From contig JAOLZO010000004.1 of assembly GCA_028343845.1 (NCBI GenBank), positions 1 through 64,000 on the forward strand: a stretch of DNA of 64,000 nucleotides, given 5' to 3'. This document shows, one piece after another, positions 7,786 through 17,867 of the stretch. Made by a program: the position numbers and the translations under genes. The notes beneath the pieces are model-generated. The model had not been told where the DNA came from. It was given only the letters and a program-made list of their open reading frames with translations, and did not search any database. This stretch comes from Verrucomicrobiota bacterium (GTDB lineage: Bacteria > Verrucomicrobiota > Verrucomicrobiia > Opitutales > Seribacteraceae). The stretch's first letter is position 1; the number at the start of each line of letters is the position of its first letter.

Positions 7786-9300
7786 TTGATGAGAGCCTTC
7801 GCTTTCCCTAAGGTAACCAATATGTTTCAACCTTCATTCCCTCATACGTCACTCAGGCTCGGCGCCATCGCCTTGCTTTCATGCTTTTCTCTTTGCCTCG
7901 CAGGCCACGCCAAGGAGACGCCCCCCAACGTCATCCTCATCTTCGTCGACGACATGGGATGGATGGACCTGACCTGCCAGGGTTCCGACTTTTACAAAAC
8001 CCCGAGCATCGACCGCCTGGCCAAGGAGGGCATGCGTTTCACCAATGGCTACGCCGCCTGCGCCGTGTGCTCACCCACCCGGGCCGCCGTACAGACCGGA
8101 CGCTATCCCCACCGACTCGGGGTGACGGACTGGATCCGCTCCCTCTTCCAGCGTGGAAACATGGGTACGCCCGAAAAAAACCCTACCGAATACGTCGGAG
8201 GAAAAAACCGTAAACTTCTCTGCCCACCCAATCCGTTCTGGATGGACAGTTCGGAGATCACCATCGCAGAGGCCCTCTCGCCGAAGGGCTATCAGACCGG
8301 ATACATCGGAAAGTGGCACCTCGGAGACGAGGCCTGGTACCCGGAAAACCAAGGCTACAAGGCAAATTTCGGAGGATGTGATTATGGGCAACCGCCTTCC
8401 TACTTTGATCCCTACAGCAACCCGAAGCACAGACACCGCACTATCCGGGCGGGCATCCACAAGTTGCCTGGCAGAAAGAAGGGTGAATACCTCACCCATC
8501 GGGAAGGAGACGAGGCCGTCGGCCTAATCCGCAAGTGGAAGGACAAGCCCTTCTTTTTGCAGGTCGCGCACTATGCCGTGCACACACCCATTCAGTCGAT
8601 CAAGGAGGTGGCCGACAAGTACGAGGGCAAAGAAGGCAAGACCCAGAAGAACAAGAGCTACGCCGCCATGGTCGAGTCGGTGGACGATTCGACCCGCGAC
8701 ATCCTGGCCGTCCTCAAGGAACTCAAGATCGACGACCGGACGATGATTATCTTCACCAGCGACAACGGCGGACTCGACCGAAACAACAACCCCACCGACA
8801 ACGCGCCCCTGCGCAGCGGGAAGGGATACTCCTACGAAGGAGGCATCCGAGTACCCTTTCTGGTTCGTTGGCCCGGAAAGGTTCCCTCCGGCAAAGTTTC
8901 CGACACCCCGGTTTGTTCGGTCGATTTGTTCCCCACCATCTTGGCTGTGGCTGGCGTAGATCTTCCCAAAAACCGTCCGATCGACGGCCTTTCGCTAAAG
9001 GAGCACCTTCTCTCTGGCGGAAAGAAGAAAATCGGGCGCCAAGACCTGCATTGGCACTTCCCGCATTACCGGCATGCGCCCGGCCCCTACTCGATCATCA
9101 GGCGGGACAACTGGAAGCTGATCAAGTTCTGGGAAGGGATTTACGAGCTGTACGACCTCGAAAAGGATTTGGGAGAAACCAAGAATTTGGCCGAGAGCAT
9201 GCCGGACAAGGTCCGGGAATTGGATACAGCTCTGCTCAAACGACTGAAAGCGGACGGGGCCAAACTACCCAAGCCCAACCCCGAATACTCGGGAAAATAA
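7786..9300 (+). CDS. S1-family sulfatase (Cys-type, motif C-S-P-T-R) with a signal peptide.
   Basis: ILIFVDDMGWMDL...CAVCSPTRAAVQTGRY...GKWHLG...IIFTSDNGG. An alternative start at MFQPSF (7822) fits a signal peptide better. Confidence 0.9.
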   Translation: MMRAFAFPKVTNMFQPSFPHTSLRLGAIALLSCFSLCLAGHAKETPPNVILIFVDDMGWMDLTCQGSDFYKTPSIDRLAKEGMRFTNGYAACAVCSPTRAAVQTGRYPHRLGVTDWIRSLFQRGNMGTPEKNPTEYVGGKNRKLLCPPNPFWMDSSEITIAEALSPKGYQTGYIGKWHLGDEAWYPENQGYKANFGGCDYGQPPSYFDPYSNPKHRHRTIRAGIHKLPGRKKGEYLTHREGDEAVGLIRKWKDKPFFLQVAHYAVHTPIQSIKEVADKYEGKEGKTQKNKSYAAMVESVDDSTRDILAVLKELKIDDRTMIIFTSDNGGLDRNNNPTDNAPLRSGKGYSYEGGIRVPFLVRWPGKVPSGKVSDTPVCSVDLFPTILAVAGVDLPKNRPIDGLSLKEHLLSGGKKKIGRQDLHWHFPHYRHAPGPYSIIRRDNWKLIKFWEGIYELYDLEKDLGETKNLAESMPDKVRELDTALLKRLKADGAKLPKPNPEYSGK

Positions 9301-9311
9301 ATTCTACCCAC

Positions 9312-10697
9312 TCAGATCAGAATATTTACGATATCCTGATGCAGGTTCATTGCCTGGGTCAAAAGAGCGGCGTTTTGAGAACGGGAAATCCGGGTCTTGC
9401 TTAGCTCCAGCAAATCCTTGGCATAATCCTCATCCACCATATTGGAAAGGGCCTTTTCATGGCTTAACACCTGATCTTGAGCGGCATCCATGGAAGTCTC
9501 GACCCGGTTCATGCTACTTCCGACTTTTCCGAATTGCTCACCCAGTCCCTGGATTTCGAGCATCATGCTATCCAACGCCTTTTGGGCATCCGCTCTCGTG
9601 GCAATACTTATGGAGGGAAACCCGTTCGCATCATCGTTCTCCCGAAGCAGCCCAAGTCCCACGGGGTTCAAACCAACCTGCAAATCCTGTGCATTTCCAA
9701 CCACCGCAGATTCAGCTTCGGGAGGAATGTACCTACCGCTCACTTGAAATAAGGACGTGGAGGAGACTTCGAGCCTCAGGGTGGTTAAATTGGAGTTCGA
9801 ATCCTGAGTAGTGACCTGACCGAGCGTCGAATATTTTTCTCCTTCACGAGATTCCCAACCGGAAGCAGACCCATCGTCCGAAAGACCCAATTGGCCTAGA
9901 TAATAGCTCTTGTTGTCAAAATTTCCATCGTCAACAAGGTTGTCGGGATAACCTGGAGGAGTTTGTATTTGTACTTGCGCAGAAGTACCCGCAGACAGGG
10001 GCTTGAACTGAAAGGTTGTCGGTTTGTTCGGACCGAATTCAATGATGAAACGGTCGTAATCATAAGTCCTTGCAGAACCACGCGTTCTCCAATTTCCGGA
10101 ATCGAAAAGTTTCTGAGTTCCTTGCCACAAGGAATAAGTCTCCCCCGCAGTTCCTCCGTTCACGTCAATCTCAATGGTACCACTGCTATACAGAACGTCC
10201 TTTTCCTCGACCGCAATACCACTTTGATCGGAAAGCTGTGATCCAAAAGAAATTTCGTAGCGACTGGAAGCGGCCGCTTCATCAAACAAACTTGTACCAT
10301 TCAGAGAGCTTTTTGCCAAAGTCAGGGATTGCTGCCTGAGCACTTCGAACTCTTCGCTCAGAAACATGCGGTCTTGGTCACTGATCATAGGATCTGCCGA
10401 AAGGGAAGCCAAGCTAAGCATACGATCGTAAATCTTTTCCGCCTGCCTCAGTCCATCGGCTTGGCTTTGCAGAAAGGTCATGGCGTTCTGAAACGCATTG
10501 ATCGAACTTCTTTTCGAAGCGCTGCGGTTAAGCATGTTAGCCATGAAAAACACGCCCGAAGAGCCTTTGTTGTGAACGGATGCGCTTTTCACCGGATCTC
10601 CTGCTGTGACGATTTTCCTAACCGAGTTGGCTGAACGCATGGATACGTGACCCATGTTATGGGCCAGAAAATCAACGCTGCCAAAGAGGCTCGACAT
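9312..10697 (-). CDS. Flagellin/FlgL-family protein. It has divergent D0/D1-like N- and C-terminal helical regions and a large lineage-specific middle domain. This is paralog 1.
   Basis: The N-terminal region SKRSSINAFQNAMTFLQSQADGLRQAEKIYDRMLSLA resembles flagellin NANDGISIAQTTEGAL...LQRIRELAVQ. The C-terminus EDYAKDLLELSKTRISRSQNAALLTQAMNLHQDIVNILI resembles flagellin [41 protein letters not shown]. I placed the start at MSSLFGSVDF (10697); the tracked 10736 start is an unsupported extension. Confidence 0.7.
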   Translation of the reverse strand: MSSLFGSVDFLAHNMGHVSMRSANSVRKIVTAGDPVKSASVHNKGSSGVFFMANMLNRSASKRSSINAFQNAMTFLQSQADGLRQAEKIYDRMLSLASLSADPMISDQDRMFLSEEFEVLRQQSLTLAKSSLNGTSLFDEAAASSRYEISFGSQLSDQSGIAVEEKDVLYSSGTIEIDVNGGTAGETYSLWQGTQKLFDSGNWRTRGSARTYDYDRFIIEFGPNKPTTFQFKPLSAGTSAQVQIQTPPGYPDNLVDDGNFDNKSYYLGQLGLSDDGSASGWESREGEKYSTLGQVTTQDSNSNLTTLRLEVSSTSLFQVSGRYIPPEAESAVVGNAQDLQVGLNPVGLGLLRENDDANGFPSISIATRADAQKALDSMMLEIQGLGEQFGKVGSSMNRVETSMDAAQDQVLSHEKALSNMVDEDYAKDLLELSKTRISRSQNAALLTQAMNLHQDIVNILI

Positions 10698-10885
10698 AAA
10701 AATTAAAATTTTTTTTCTGTTTGCCCATGCTGTCAAGGGATAATTCCAAGTTTCAAACAGTCTGCCGAAAAAGAAATCAACTTGCCCAAAGTCGATTAGG
10801 CATGGCCCAAAGGAGTAATCAGGAACAACCTAAACTCCTCTCATGGACCCTTCGGAATACCCCTCTCCCAAAGGGGACGAAGCAC

Positions 10886-12238
10886 TCAGAGGATCATGTT
10901 TGCGATATCGTAATTGAGGTTGATCGCCTGAGAGAGCATGGCCGCGTTTTGCGACCTTGCGATCCGGGCCTTGGTGACCTTGAGCATTTGCAGGGCGAGA
11001 TCTTCACGGACTACTCCGGAAAGCGCTTGTTCTTGGGTGGCAATCTGTTGCTGCGTGGCCTCCATGGAATTCTCGACCCGGCTCATATTGCTACTCAGGT
11101 TACCAATTTGCTGAGTAAAACCATTGATTTCATCCCTGATGAGATCGATCGCACTCTGAGCATTTTGGCGCGTGTCTATTGCGATCTTGGGAAATCCGCT
11201 ATCCTGAGTACGGAGGGCTCCCAGACCAAGCGGATTCAATCCGAGCTGAAGGTCTTGGCTCCTTCCCACAAAGGCATCGTCTATCTCAAGAGGTTCCCAG
11301 TTCGCTTCAATATCGAACACTGAACCTGTCGCTTCAATTCTTACCGTCAGTTCGGATGTGGTCGAATCGGATGAATTGGTCGTAATCAAGCCCAAGTTTT
11401 TGAACTCTGTCTCCGTGCGAGTGTCCCAACCGGAAGGAGTCCCATCGTCAGCTAACCCCAAATGGGCAAGATAACGATTTTTATTGGCATATATGTTGTT
11501 TCCATTGGTATCCTGAGGAACAAATTGAAAGGTGGTATCTCGATCCGGACCGTACCGGATGATGAACCTGTCGAAATCACTACCACTGGTAGTCCACTCG
11601 CCGGTGTCAAAAAGAGGCTTGGTGGGATCACTTTGAAAAATCGTGACTCGATCCCAAGCACTCATTGGGCGATGATCAACGGTGATTTTCCCCGAATTGT
11701 AAATGACGTCTTTGGTAATGTCCCAATAGTCATTGCCATTGATTTTTCCGCTTTTGGTAGCGGGATCCTGAGTCGTACCCTCGAGAAAATCGACTTGATA
11801 CTTGGTCGTAGCCGCCCTCATATCAAAGAGATTCGCGCCTCCGATGGTTTGGCTATTGATTTCAACCGCCATGGTTCGTAAGGACTCGAATTCCTGACTG
11901 AGCAGAGCCCGATCGTTATCATTAAGCATGGGATCCACGGCCAAGGATGCCAAATCGAGCATGCGCTGATAAATCTTTTCCGCCTGACGAAGACCGTCGG
12001 CCTGCGCCTGCATGTGGGTAACCGCATTCTGAAAAGCATTGATCGAACTTCTTTTCGAAGCATTTCGATTGAGCAAATTGGCTGCAAAACTTACGTCCCC
12101 GGCTCCTTGGCCCTGCATTGAGGCTTGTTTTACCGGATCACCAGATGCGGCCACCTGTTTGATCGAGTTAGCCGAACGCAACGATTCGTTACCCATATGA
12201 GTGGTAAGAAACTGAACGCTGCTGAAGAGACCTGCCAT
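10886..12238 (-). CDS. Flagellin/FlgL-family protein, paralog 2. Same architecture as paralog 1.
   Basis: It shares the N-terminus (MAGLFSSVQFLTTHMG), the middle domain (WTTSGSDFDRFIIRYGPDRDTTFQFVPQ) and the C-terminus (REDLALQMLKVTKARIARSQNAAMLSQAINLNYDIANMIL) with paralog 1. The tracked start at 12256 is a GTG; the ATG at 12238 is the likely start. Confidence 0.7.
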   Translation of the reverse strand: MAGLFSSVQFLTTHMGNESLRSANSIKQVAASGDPVKQASMQGQGAGDVSFAANLLNRNASKRSSINAFQNAVTHMQAQADGLRQAEKIYQRMLDLASLAVDPMLNDNDRALLSQEFESLRTMAVEINSQTIGGANLFDMRAATTKYQVDFLEGTTQDPATKSGKINGNDYWDITKDVIYNSGKITVDHRPMSAWDRVTIFQSDPTKPLFDTGEWTTSGSDFDRFIIRYGPDRDTTFQFVPQDTNGNNIYANKNRYLAHLGLADDGTPSGWDTRTETEFKNLGLITTNSSDSTTSELTVRIEATGSVFDIEANWEPLEIDDAFVGRSQDLQLGLNPLGLGALRTQDSGFPKIAIDTRQNAQSAIDLIRDEINGFTQQIGNLSSNMSRVENSMEATQQQIATQEQALSGVVREDLALQMLKVTKARIARSQNAAMLSQAINLNYDIANMIL

Positions 12239-12249
12239 AGAATCTTCGA

Positions 12250-12267
12250 TTCTCACAACTGTGAGAA
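12250..12267 (-). promoter_or_regulatory. Perfect 8-2-8 palindrome TTCTCACA-AC-TGTGAGAA in the 5' region of flagellin paralog 2. On the minus strand it overlaps a candidate sigma70-like promoter (TTGACA at 12278-12273, 17-18 nt spacer, GAGAAT).
   Basis: Read directly from the sequence. It ends 12 nt upstream of the ATG at 12238. A perfect TTGACA is uncommon in this GC-rich DNA. Confidence 0.35.
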
Positions 12268-12549
12268 CTTTCTGTCAACGGGTAATTTATATTCCAATGG
12301 TTTAAAGCAATAGAGGACAAAACCTTTCCAAGACCAAAAAGGGGAGACGGGAAAAGGAATAAATTCAAGTTCGGTTTTTCCTAAGAATCTTCTATGAGGA
12401 AGCGTCCTTTCACCAGGCCATGCATTCCTTAATTTTTTTCCTTTTGCTCTCCTATATTCTTTGCAAAAGAATGGCTTGATCTTTAACAAGAAAACTTGTT
12501 GTCCGATAAAAAACCAATCAAACAAACGTCTTATTCCCAAAAGAATCTT

Positions 12550-15500
12550 ATGAGATTAATCTCCCTGCTCGCACTTCTGCCTTTGACATTGGCTCATGCG
12601 AAAATTGATTTCAACCGGGAAATCAGGCCGATCCTTTCCGACAAATGCTTCAAGTGCCATGGCCCGGATGCGAAGAATCAAAAGTCGGACTTTCGTTTGG
12701 ATTCCTTTGGGTTGGCAACCAAGGACCACAAGGGGATGATCGGGCTAACTCCCGGAAATCTGGAGGACTCGGAGATTCACTGGCGGATCCGCAGCGACGA
12801 CTCGGAGGAGGTGATGCCACCGCCCGAATCCAAACTTCCCCTGACCAAAAGGGAAATGGACTTGCTCGATCAATGGATCAAGGAGGGGGGCAAATACGAG
12901 GAGCACTGGTCCTTTCAACCCTTGCCGAAGAAAATCGCAGTCCCTGCAAGCCAACACCCTGCCCCCCGCAATCAAATCGATCATTTCGTCGCCCACAGGC
13001 TTGAGAATGAAAAACTGAGTCCAAGTAAGGAAACGGACAGGGTTACCTGGTTGCGCAGGGCGACCTTCGACTTGACCGGGTTGCCCCCCTCTCTCCCCGA
13101 GGTCGATGCTTTTTTGGCCGACACTTCCGGGGATGCCTTCGAGAAAGTCGTGGATCGTCTCCTGAGTTCCGACGAATACGCCGAACGCATGACCGCCGAA
13201 TGGATGGACGTGGCCCGCTATGCCGATACCTACGGTTATCAAGTGGACCGGAACCGCAACGTTTGGCCGTGGCGCGACTGGGTGATTCAATCATTTCGGA
13301 AAAATCAGCCGTACGACCAATTCGTGACCGAACAAATTGCGGGTGATCTGCTTCCCAACGCCACCCGGGATCAAATCCTCGCCACCTGCTTCAACCGGTT
13401 GCACTCCCAAAAGGTGGAAGGTGGAAGCGTGCCGGAGGAATTCCGAATCGAATACGTAGCGGACCGCGTACATACGTTCGGCACTGCCTTCCTCGGGCTC
13501 ACCTTCGAGTGCTCAAGGTGCCATGACCACAAGTACGATCCGATCACCCAAAAGGACTATTATTCCCTGTCCGCCTATTTCAATAACATCGACGAGGCGG
13601 GGCTCTATTCCTACTTTACGGGATCCGTACCTACGCCGACCTTGGAACTAGGGGACTTGCCCAGCGATGAAAAGATCAAAGAGGCGCAAAGAAAACTTTC
13701 CGATGTCGCCCAATCCGCTGAGGCAAGAAAAGCCTTCGACAAGTTCAAGGGTGTATCCAAGAAGGAAACGATGGGGCATGCGGTTTTCTTCTCCGAAGCC
13801 CCTACCCCCGTCAAGAACCTCGAAGCAAATTGGACGCCGCTTGCTCTAAAGCCAGCTCTATGGCTCGATGCGGCTGACCTTAATTCCTCGGGAGAAAGCT
13901 GGAATGATCGTAGTGGAAAGAAAAACCATGCCAAAAGGTTCGGTTCCCCCAAGATCATAGACCACAAGCCAAGTGGATTATCGCTAATGAAATACGATTC
14001 ATCCAAAAACGATTACCACGAGTGGAAAGAGATCAAGGATATACGAACCGTTTTTTGGCTACTGAGCAAAAAGCCGGGGAACTCCGGGTCACCCCTTAGC
14101 CACCCCTCGGTTCACCACTTCTATTCAAACGGAGCCAAATTTTGGCATCCTCAACACACTCATGAAAACGTCCGGAAGGGAAGCTTGCGAATCAATGGCA
14201 TTGCAGGCAACTCGTCATCCGCCTACCCCACTCGCCTATCGGTGGTTTCCCTCAGAACATCGGGAAACGTTACGGCAAGCCGAGTAGGCAAGGATCGCGG
14301 GTTTGGGGGAAAATACAATTGGGACGGGGAAATCGGAGAACTGCTTGTCTACGACCAAGCACTCTCCGATGACGATATTGAAAAGGTCGAGAATCACCTC
14401 ATCGACAAGTGGAAGATCCAAAGAGAAGCTTCCACTTTCGGCAGTCCTGTCGCCTACCTTTCCTTTGACGACCGCACGGGCAACAAGTACCCCAATAAGG
14501 CCAAGCAGGGCAAGGACGCCAACACCAATGGCAATAATAAGGAAGCAGATGGAAAACATGGGAAAGGAATCCGGTTCAGTGGGGACGATCCCTTGAACTT
14601 TCCTTCCGGATTCGGTGACTTCAACCGCCATCAATCCTTCGGCATGGCCTTTTGGGTCAAGCCTAGCACGTTACTTGGCCGCGCGGTCATCGTTCGTCGC
14701 TCCAAGGCATGGACCGATGCGGCGAGCCGTGGATACGAAATACTGATCGAAGATGGAAAACTATCTCCTGCCCTGATCCACTTTTGGCCGGGCAACGCCA
14801 TTCGCATCCGTTCGCAAACAAAACTTCCCCTAAACGAATGGACACACGTCGCACTGAGCTACGACGGATCGAGTCAAGCGAAAGGATTGAAACTCTACGA
14901 AAACGGAAAATTAGTGGACGTCGATGTGGTAAAGGACCACTTGACCCGCGAGATCACAGGTGGAGGAGATCCTTTTCTCGGATTCGCCCAGAGGATGAGG
15001 GACCGAGGGTTCAAGAATGGCATGCTTGACGAATTCTATCTCTACGACCGGTCCTTGAACCCGTCCGAGGTTGCCATTCTTGCAGGAGAGGCAAAGGAGT
15101 TAAGTCCCGAAGATGAATATCAAATCTTCCTGGAATACAAGTATCCTCCTTACCTTGCTCAAAAAAGCACCTTGATTGCCGCCCACCAAGCGTTCGGCAA
15201 TCAGCGTCAGCGCCTGACCGAAATCATGGTAATGAAAGAAATGCCCGGGAACCGGGAGACGCATATTCTCAACCGTGGCTTGTATTCCGATCGTAAAGAA
15301 GTGGTCACTGCGCAAACGCCGGGGTTCCTTCCCGGCGAAGGAGATAAATCAAAGAAAAATCGTTTGGAACTGGCCCGCTGGCTTACCTCACCCGACCACC
15401 CATTGCTCGCCCGGGTCACGGTCAACCGCTATTGGCAAATGATCTTCGGGCGCGGATTGGTTTCCACCTCGGAGGATTTCGGAAGCCAAGGCAAGCCTCC

Positions 15501-16290
15501 AACCCATCCCGAACTGCTCGATTGGTTGGCCCGGGATTTCATTGATTCCGGCTGGAACCTTAGACATCTACTCAAGAAAATGGTTCTCTCCTCCACTTAT
15601 CGTCAGTCTAGCCAACTCACGCCGTTGGGCCAAGAGCTTGACCCCGAAAATCTTCTCCTCTCCAGGGCCTCTGCTTACCGCCTTCCCGCAGAAATGATCC
15701 GCGATTCAGCCTTGGCCGCAAGCGGATTGCTCCAGCGCAAAATCGGAGGCCCCGGTGTCAGACCTTACGACCTCAAAGTTTCCTTCAAGCCGATCAACCC
15801 GGACAGGGCACCCAACGTCTACCGGAGAAGCCTATATACCTTTTGGAAGAGAACGGCTCCTTCCCCGGTCATGATGACCTTCGATTCCTCTAAGAAAGAC
15901 GTTTGCATGGTCCGTCGCGAACGCACGGACTCCGCTTCGCAATCTCTTGTCCTGCTCAATGGCCCGCAATTCCTGGAAGCAGCCCGGGCAACCGCCCACA
16001 AACTGGTTAAGGAATTTGGAAAGGAAAAAGACGAGGAACTTGTGGTTCATGCCTTCCGTCTCCTTACCAGTCGAAACCCTGAAAAAGAGGAGCTCAAGGT
16101 TCTCAAGCAATTACTGATTGAACAAAAAGAGGTCTTCTCCGATCCGGCCAAGGCCAAGGAATTCCTCACTGCCAACGCACTCCAAACGGGGGAGTATAAA
16201 GCTCCTCTGGATGACCCTACTCATCTCGCAGCCGTCACCACTTTGGTTTCGGCTCTAATGAATTTCGATGCAAGCCTATCCAAAAGATAA
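12550..16290 (+). CDS. PSCyt-type protein (planctomycete cytochrome C CxxCH domain, DUF1549 and DUF1553) with an internal LamG/concanavalin-like region. Pair 1.
   Basis: Signal peptide MRLISLLALLPLTLAHA; CFKCHGPD heme-binding motif; RYADTYGYQVDRNRNVWPWRDW (DUF1549 core); C-terminal DUF1553-like region. Confidence 0.85.
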   Translation: MRLISLLALLPLTLAHAKIDFNREIRPILSDKCFKCHGPDAKNQKSDFRLDSFGLATKDHKGMIGLTPGNLEDSEIHWRIRSDDSEEVMPPPESKLPLTKREMDLLDQWIKEGGKYEEHWSFQPLPKKIAVPASQHPAPRNQIDHFVAHRLENEKLSPSKETDRVTWLRRATFDLTGLPPSLPEVDAFLADTSGDAFEKVVDRLLSSDEYAERMTAEWMDVARYADTYGYQVDRNRNVWPWRDWVIQSFRKNQPYDQFVTEQIAGDLLPNATRDQILATCFNRLHSQKVEGGSVPEEFRIEYVADRVHTFGTAFLGLTFECSRCHDHKYDPITQKDYYSLSAYFNNIDEAGLYSYFTGSVPTPTLELGDLPSDEKIKEAQRKLSDVAQSAEARKAFDKFKGVSKKETMGHAVFFSEAPTPVKNLEANWTPLALKPALWLDAADLNSSGESWNDRSGKKNHAKRFGSPKIIDHKPSGLSLMKYDSSKNDYHEWKEIKDIRTVFWLLSKKPGNSGSPLSHPSVHHFYSNGAKFWHPQHTHENVRKGSLRINGIAGNSSSAYPTRLSVVSLRTSGNVTASRVGKDRGFGGKYNWDGEIGELLVYDQALSDDDIEKVENHLIDKWKIQREASTFGSPVAYLSFDDRTGNKYPNKAKQGKDANTNGNNKEADGKHGKGIRFSGDDPLNFPSGFGDFNRHQSFGMAFWVKPSTLLGRAVIVRRSKAWTDAASRGYEILIEDGKLSPALIHFWPGNAIRIRSQTKLPLNEWTHVALSYDGSSQAKGLKLYENGKLVDVDVVKDHLTREITGGGDPFLGFAQRMRDRGFKNGMLDEFYLYDRSLNPSEVAILAGEAKELSPEDEYQIFLEYKYPPYLAQKSTLIAAHQAFGNQRQRLTEIMVMKEMPGNRETHILNRGLYSDRKEVVTAQTPGFLPGEGDKSKKNRLELARWLTSPDHPLLARVTVNRYWQMIFGRGLVSTSEDFGSQGKPPTHPELLDWLARDFIDSGWNLRHLLKKMVLSSTYRQSSQLTPLGQELDPENLLLSRASAYRLPAEMIRDSALAASGLLQRKIGGPGVRPYDLKVSFKPINPDRAPNVYRRSLYTFWKRTAPSPVMMTFDSSKKDVCMVRRERTDSASQSLVLLNGPQFLEAARATAHKLVKEFGKEKDEELVVHAFRLLTSRNPEKEELKVLKQLLIEQKEVFSDPAKAKEFLTANALQTGEYKAPLDDPTHLAAVTTLVSALMNFDASLSKR

Positions 16291-16291
16291 A

Positions 16292-17719
16292 ATGAAACCT
16301 TCAACCAAATGCACTGGATTCGAATCTCCCATCGGGCTTGGCCGCAGAAACTTTCTCACCCGATTTGGCGGTGGCTTGGGTGGATTGGCTCTCACCAATA
16401 TGCTCCATGCGGAATCCGGAAACAGCCTGCATCACCCGGCCAAGGCAAAGCGGGTGATTTATTTGTTTCAGTCCGGAGGGCCATCTCAAATCGATCTTTT
16501 TGACCACAAGCCTCGACTGAAAGAGGAAACGGGCAAGGAACTGCCCGACTCCGTGCGCAAAGGACAAAGGCTGACCGGCATGTCGGGAAACCAGGCCAGC
16601 CTTCCCTTGGTCGGATCCCCCTTCAAGTTTTCACAGCATGGCCAGAGTGGGCAATGGATGAGCGAACTCCTTCCCCACACTGCAAAAGCCGCGGACGACA
16701 TGTGCATTGTCAACTCCATGTACACCGAGGCGATCAATCATGGTCCGGGGGTGACCTTCATGCAGACAGGCTCTCAATTTCCCGGACGTCCCAGCATGGG
16801 GGCATGGCTCTCCTATGGGTTGGGATCGATGAATGACAACCTCCCGAGCTTCGTTACTCTCGTCACTAAAAACAAAGGTGGGCAACCCTTGGTTTCGCGT
16901 CTTTGGGGAAGCGGTTTTTTGCCCGGCAAACATGCCGGGACACGTTTTCGGGCCGACAAGGACGCCATTCTTTACCTCAACAGTCCCAAAGGCGTTTCTC
17001 CCGGAGGACGAAGGAAGATGCTGGACCGGCTCAAGGAACTCCACGAGATTCAACTGGAAAAGACGGGGGACCCCGGACTGGAAACCCGCATCGCCCAATA
17101 CGAAATGGGTTTCCGCATGCAATCATCCATCCCTGATGTTACCGATCTTGGCAAGGAACCCGAATCGACCTTCAAGCTGTACGGAGAGGATGCCCGCAAG
17201 CCCGGAACCTTTTCCGCCAACTGCCTTCTGGCAAGAAGGCTGGCGGAAAAAGGCGTTCGCTTCATCCAACTGTATCACCCCGGATGGGACCAACATGGCG
17301 GACTACCCGGGGGTATCAGAAGACAATGCAAGGAAACCGACCAAGCCTCCTATGCCTTGGTCGCAGACTTGAAGCAACGTGGGTTGCTCAAGGACACCCT
17401 AGTCATCTGGGGAGGCGAATTCGGACGGACGAATTATTGCCAAGGAAAGTTCAACGGCTCGAATTTCGGACGAGATCATCACCCACGAAATTACTCGGTT
17501 TGGTTTGCGGGGGGAGGCGTAAAGGGCGGACTGACTTACGGGCAATCCGATGAATACTCATACAGCGTCGCCGAAAACGGGGTACACGTTCATGATTTCC
17601 ATGCCACTATCTTGCATTTGCTAGGCATCGACCATGAACGGTTAACGTTCAAATACCAGGGCCGGCATTTCAGGCTGACCGACGTTCATGGACACGCCGT
17701 AAAACCAATCATCGCCTGA
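16292..17719 (+). CDS. DUF1501-family protein (sulfatase-like fold with a Tat signal). Partner of the PSCyt protein, pair 1.
   Basis: Twin-arginine motif GRRNFLTRFGG; the GGEFGRT and RDHHP motifs typical of DUF1501. The start is 2 bp after the upstream stop. Confidence 0.85.
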   Translation: MKPSTKCTGFESPIGLGRRNFLTRFGGGLGGLALTNMLHAESGNSLHHPAKAKRVIYLFQSGGPSQIDLFDHKPRLKEETGKELPDSVRKGQRLTGMSGNQASLPLVGSPFKFSQHGQSGQWMSELLPHTAKAADDMCIVNSMYTEAINHGPGVTFMQTGSQFPGRPSMGAWLSYGLGSMNDNLPSFVTLVTKNKGGQPLVSRLWGSGFLPGKHAGTRFRADKDAILYLNSPKGVSPGGRRKMLDRLKELHEIQLEKTGDPGLETRIAQYEMGFRMQSSIPDVTDLGKEPESTFKLYGEDARKPGTFSANCLLARRLAEKGVRFIQLYHPGWDQHGGLPGGIRRQCKETDQASYALVADLKQRGLLKDTLVIWGGEFGRTNYCQGKFNGSNFGRDHHPRNYSVWFAGGGVKGGLTYGQSDEYSYSVAENGVHVHDFHATILHLLGIDHERLTFKYQGRHFRLTDVHGHAVKPIIA

Positions 17720-17867
17720 AGAAGATTGGCGCTTTTGTAATAAAGCTTGGGGTTACCGAATAAAAAAACCGTTTTTCGACCGCTTGGCCAAAAATTTCAT
17801 TGGAGAAAGACTATATTATGGTCATGATTGCCTTCCGCCCGCACACCGCAAACAAACTAATCTGATC

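Noticed and set aside
8535-9404. A 289-aa Arg-rich plus-strand ORF.
   Set aside because: It is an alternative frame of the well-supported sulfatase gene 7786-9300. Its Arg/Pro/Gly-rich low-complexity translation is typical of out-of-frame reading of GC-rich DNA.
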